A stretch of 64,000 nt of DNA from Parcubacteria bacterium GBS-2. GTDB lineage: Bacteria; Patescibacteriota; Minisyncoccia; Minisyncoccales; GBS-2. Below, in pieces: positions 63,146-64,000 of the stretch. Where the stretch lies: the NCBI GenBank assembly GCA_001443025.1, contig LEKP01000003.1:86652-150651 (forward strand), written 5' to 3'. The notes beneath the pieces were generated by a model. That model saw only the letters and a program-made list of their open reading frames with translations. It made no database searches and had not been told where the DNA came from. The position numbers and the translations under genes were made by a program. The number at the start of each line of letters is the position of its first letter. Positions within the stretch are counted from its first letter, which is position 1.

Positions 63146-63969
63146 AGATGAATTTTTGGAGTGTAGTATTTTGTTTTAAGATTCAATTTTTTAAACTTTC
63201 TCTCAATTTCCTTAAATGGAATTTTGCTAAAATCGAAATCTTTTGATCCAAAAAAGAAAACATGTTCGCTCATTGGAAAACAATCAACGAAAGCAGAATG
63301 CAAAACAAAGAATGGGAAACTTTTTTCCATTTTTCTTCTCAGATTCGTCGAAAATTTTTCTCTGAGGTAACCTGCTTGCATGGAAACTATCCCTCCTTTA
63401 TTTAAGGCATTCAAAATTCTTTGATAAAATTTCTTTTCCCAAAGAGAAAGAGATGGTCCCTTTGGATCGGTTAAATCCTCAATTATTACATCAAAAAAAT
63501 TTTGATATCTTTCCAAAAATTTGAAGGCATCTTCATTGAAAATTTTTAATCTTTTATCCCTGAAAGATCCGGCTGAAACAGAGGGTAAATATTTTTTAGA
63601 AACCTCAATCACTTTTTTATCAATATCAACCAAATATATTTCTTTCACTGGATGCTTTGCCACTTCCCTTAAGCATCCTCCATCCCCTCCTCCAATTATT
63701 AAAACTCTCTTTGGATTTTTGTGGTAAAACATCGCTGGGTGAACTAGCATTTCATGATAAATGTATTCAAACTTTGTCGAAAGCTGAACAACACCGTCTA
63801 AAACTAAAATTTTCCCAAATTCTTCGTTTTCAAAAATCTCAATTTTTTGGAATTTACTTTTCCCAGAGTAAATTTCTTTCTCAATCAAAAACCCCCAAGT
63901 TGACTTTTGAGGTTCTCCTGGCAAGAAATCTTCAAAAAACCATTTTCTGCCCAAAAATTTTTTTATCAT
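63130..63969 (-). CDS. speE: Polyamine aminopropyltransferase (spermidine synthase family)
   Basis: VLIIGGGDGGCLREV, VDIDKKVIE, IIEDLTDP. Confidence 0.85.
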   Translation of the reverse strand: MIKKFLGRKWFFEDFLPGEPQKSTWGFLIEKEIYSGKSKFQKIEIFENEEFGKILVLDGVVQLSTKFEYIYHEMLVHPAMFYHKNPKRVLIIGGGDGGCLREVAKHPVKEIYLVDIDKKVIEVSKKYLPSVSAGSFRDKRLKIFNEDAFKFLERYQNFFDVIIEDLTDPKGPSLSLWEKKFYQRILNALNKGGIVSMQAGYLREKFSTNLRRKMEKSFPFFVLHSAFVDCFPMSEHVFFFGSKDFDFSKIPFKEIERKFKKLNLKTKYYTPKIHLCSRS

Positions 63970-64000
63970 TTTATCTTTCCTCTAGTAATAACGAAAATTT

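Overview
AT-rich (about one-third GC by eye, not computed), very gene-dense 64-kb bacterial segment. About 65 genes are packed with many 1-17 nt overlaps, and all but one (murB) lie on the minus strand. TGA is used as a stop codon and an RF2 gene is present, so the standard bacterial code applies. Content: (i) a defence-type region at 0.4-14.5 kb, holding a type I R-M operon with an extra fourth gene, a Fic gene inside a Zn-type ABC transporter operon, and a type II R-M pair; (ii) a tightly coupled DUF5320 / NifX-like x2 / MinD-ferredoxin ATPase / CDF transporter / DUF134 operon; (iii) tRNA-modification genes (trmI, ttuA-like, thiI-like, mnmA) and tyrS; (iv) an ECF-sigma-associated envelope cluster with a MacAB-like efflux system; (v) SufCD, ferredoxin, a GDH-family enzyme, archaeal-type SAM synthetase, class III RNR (nrdDG), archaeal-type apgM, eno, a type IV pilin, trxB and nnrD; (vi) tRNA-Gln next to a free-standing LAGLIDADG endonuclease; (vii) ftsEX, prfB with its +1 frameshift, two tRNAs flanking an unassigned structured RNA, a ftsB-like gene and RNase P RNA; (viii) rnhA, a DHH phosphoesterase, pgk and a VirD4/HerA-like ATPase module; (ix) secDF and secA, a small autonomous high-GC gene, and an archaeal-style polyamine cluster (speE, pdaD, DHS-like, speB). 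The mix of archaeal-type enzymes, pilin and compact operons fits a Patescibacteria/CPR-like organism (inference only). The most unusual signals are: degenerate heptanucleotide tandem arrays inside murB and eno that share 14-19 nt cores; a ~170-nt GC-rich RNA between tRNAs; a non-canonical tRNA-Thr; a 34-nt palindromic repeat in front of two genes; a LAGLIDADG cassette flanked by a duplicated tRNA-Gln 5' end; an antisense sRNA-like unit inside the type I R-M operon; and a small gene whose start requires a -1 shift on an A7 run. No CRISPR array, rRNA, transposase or integrase was seen.
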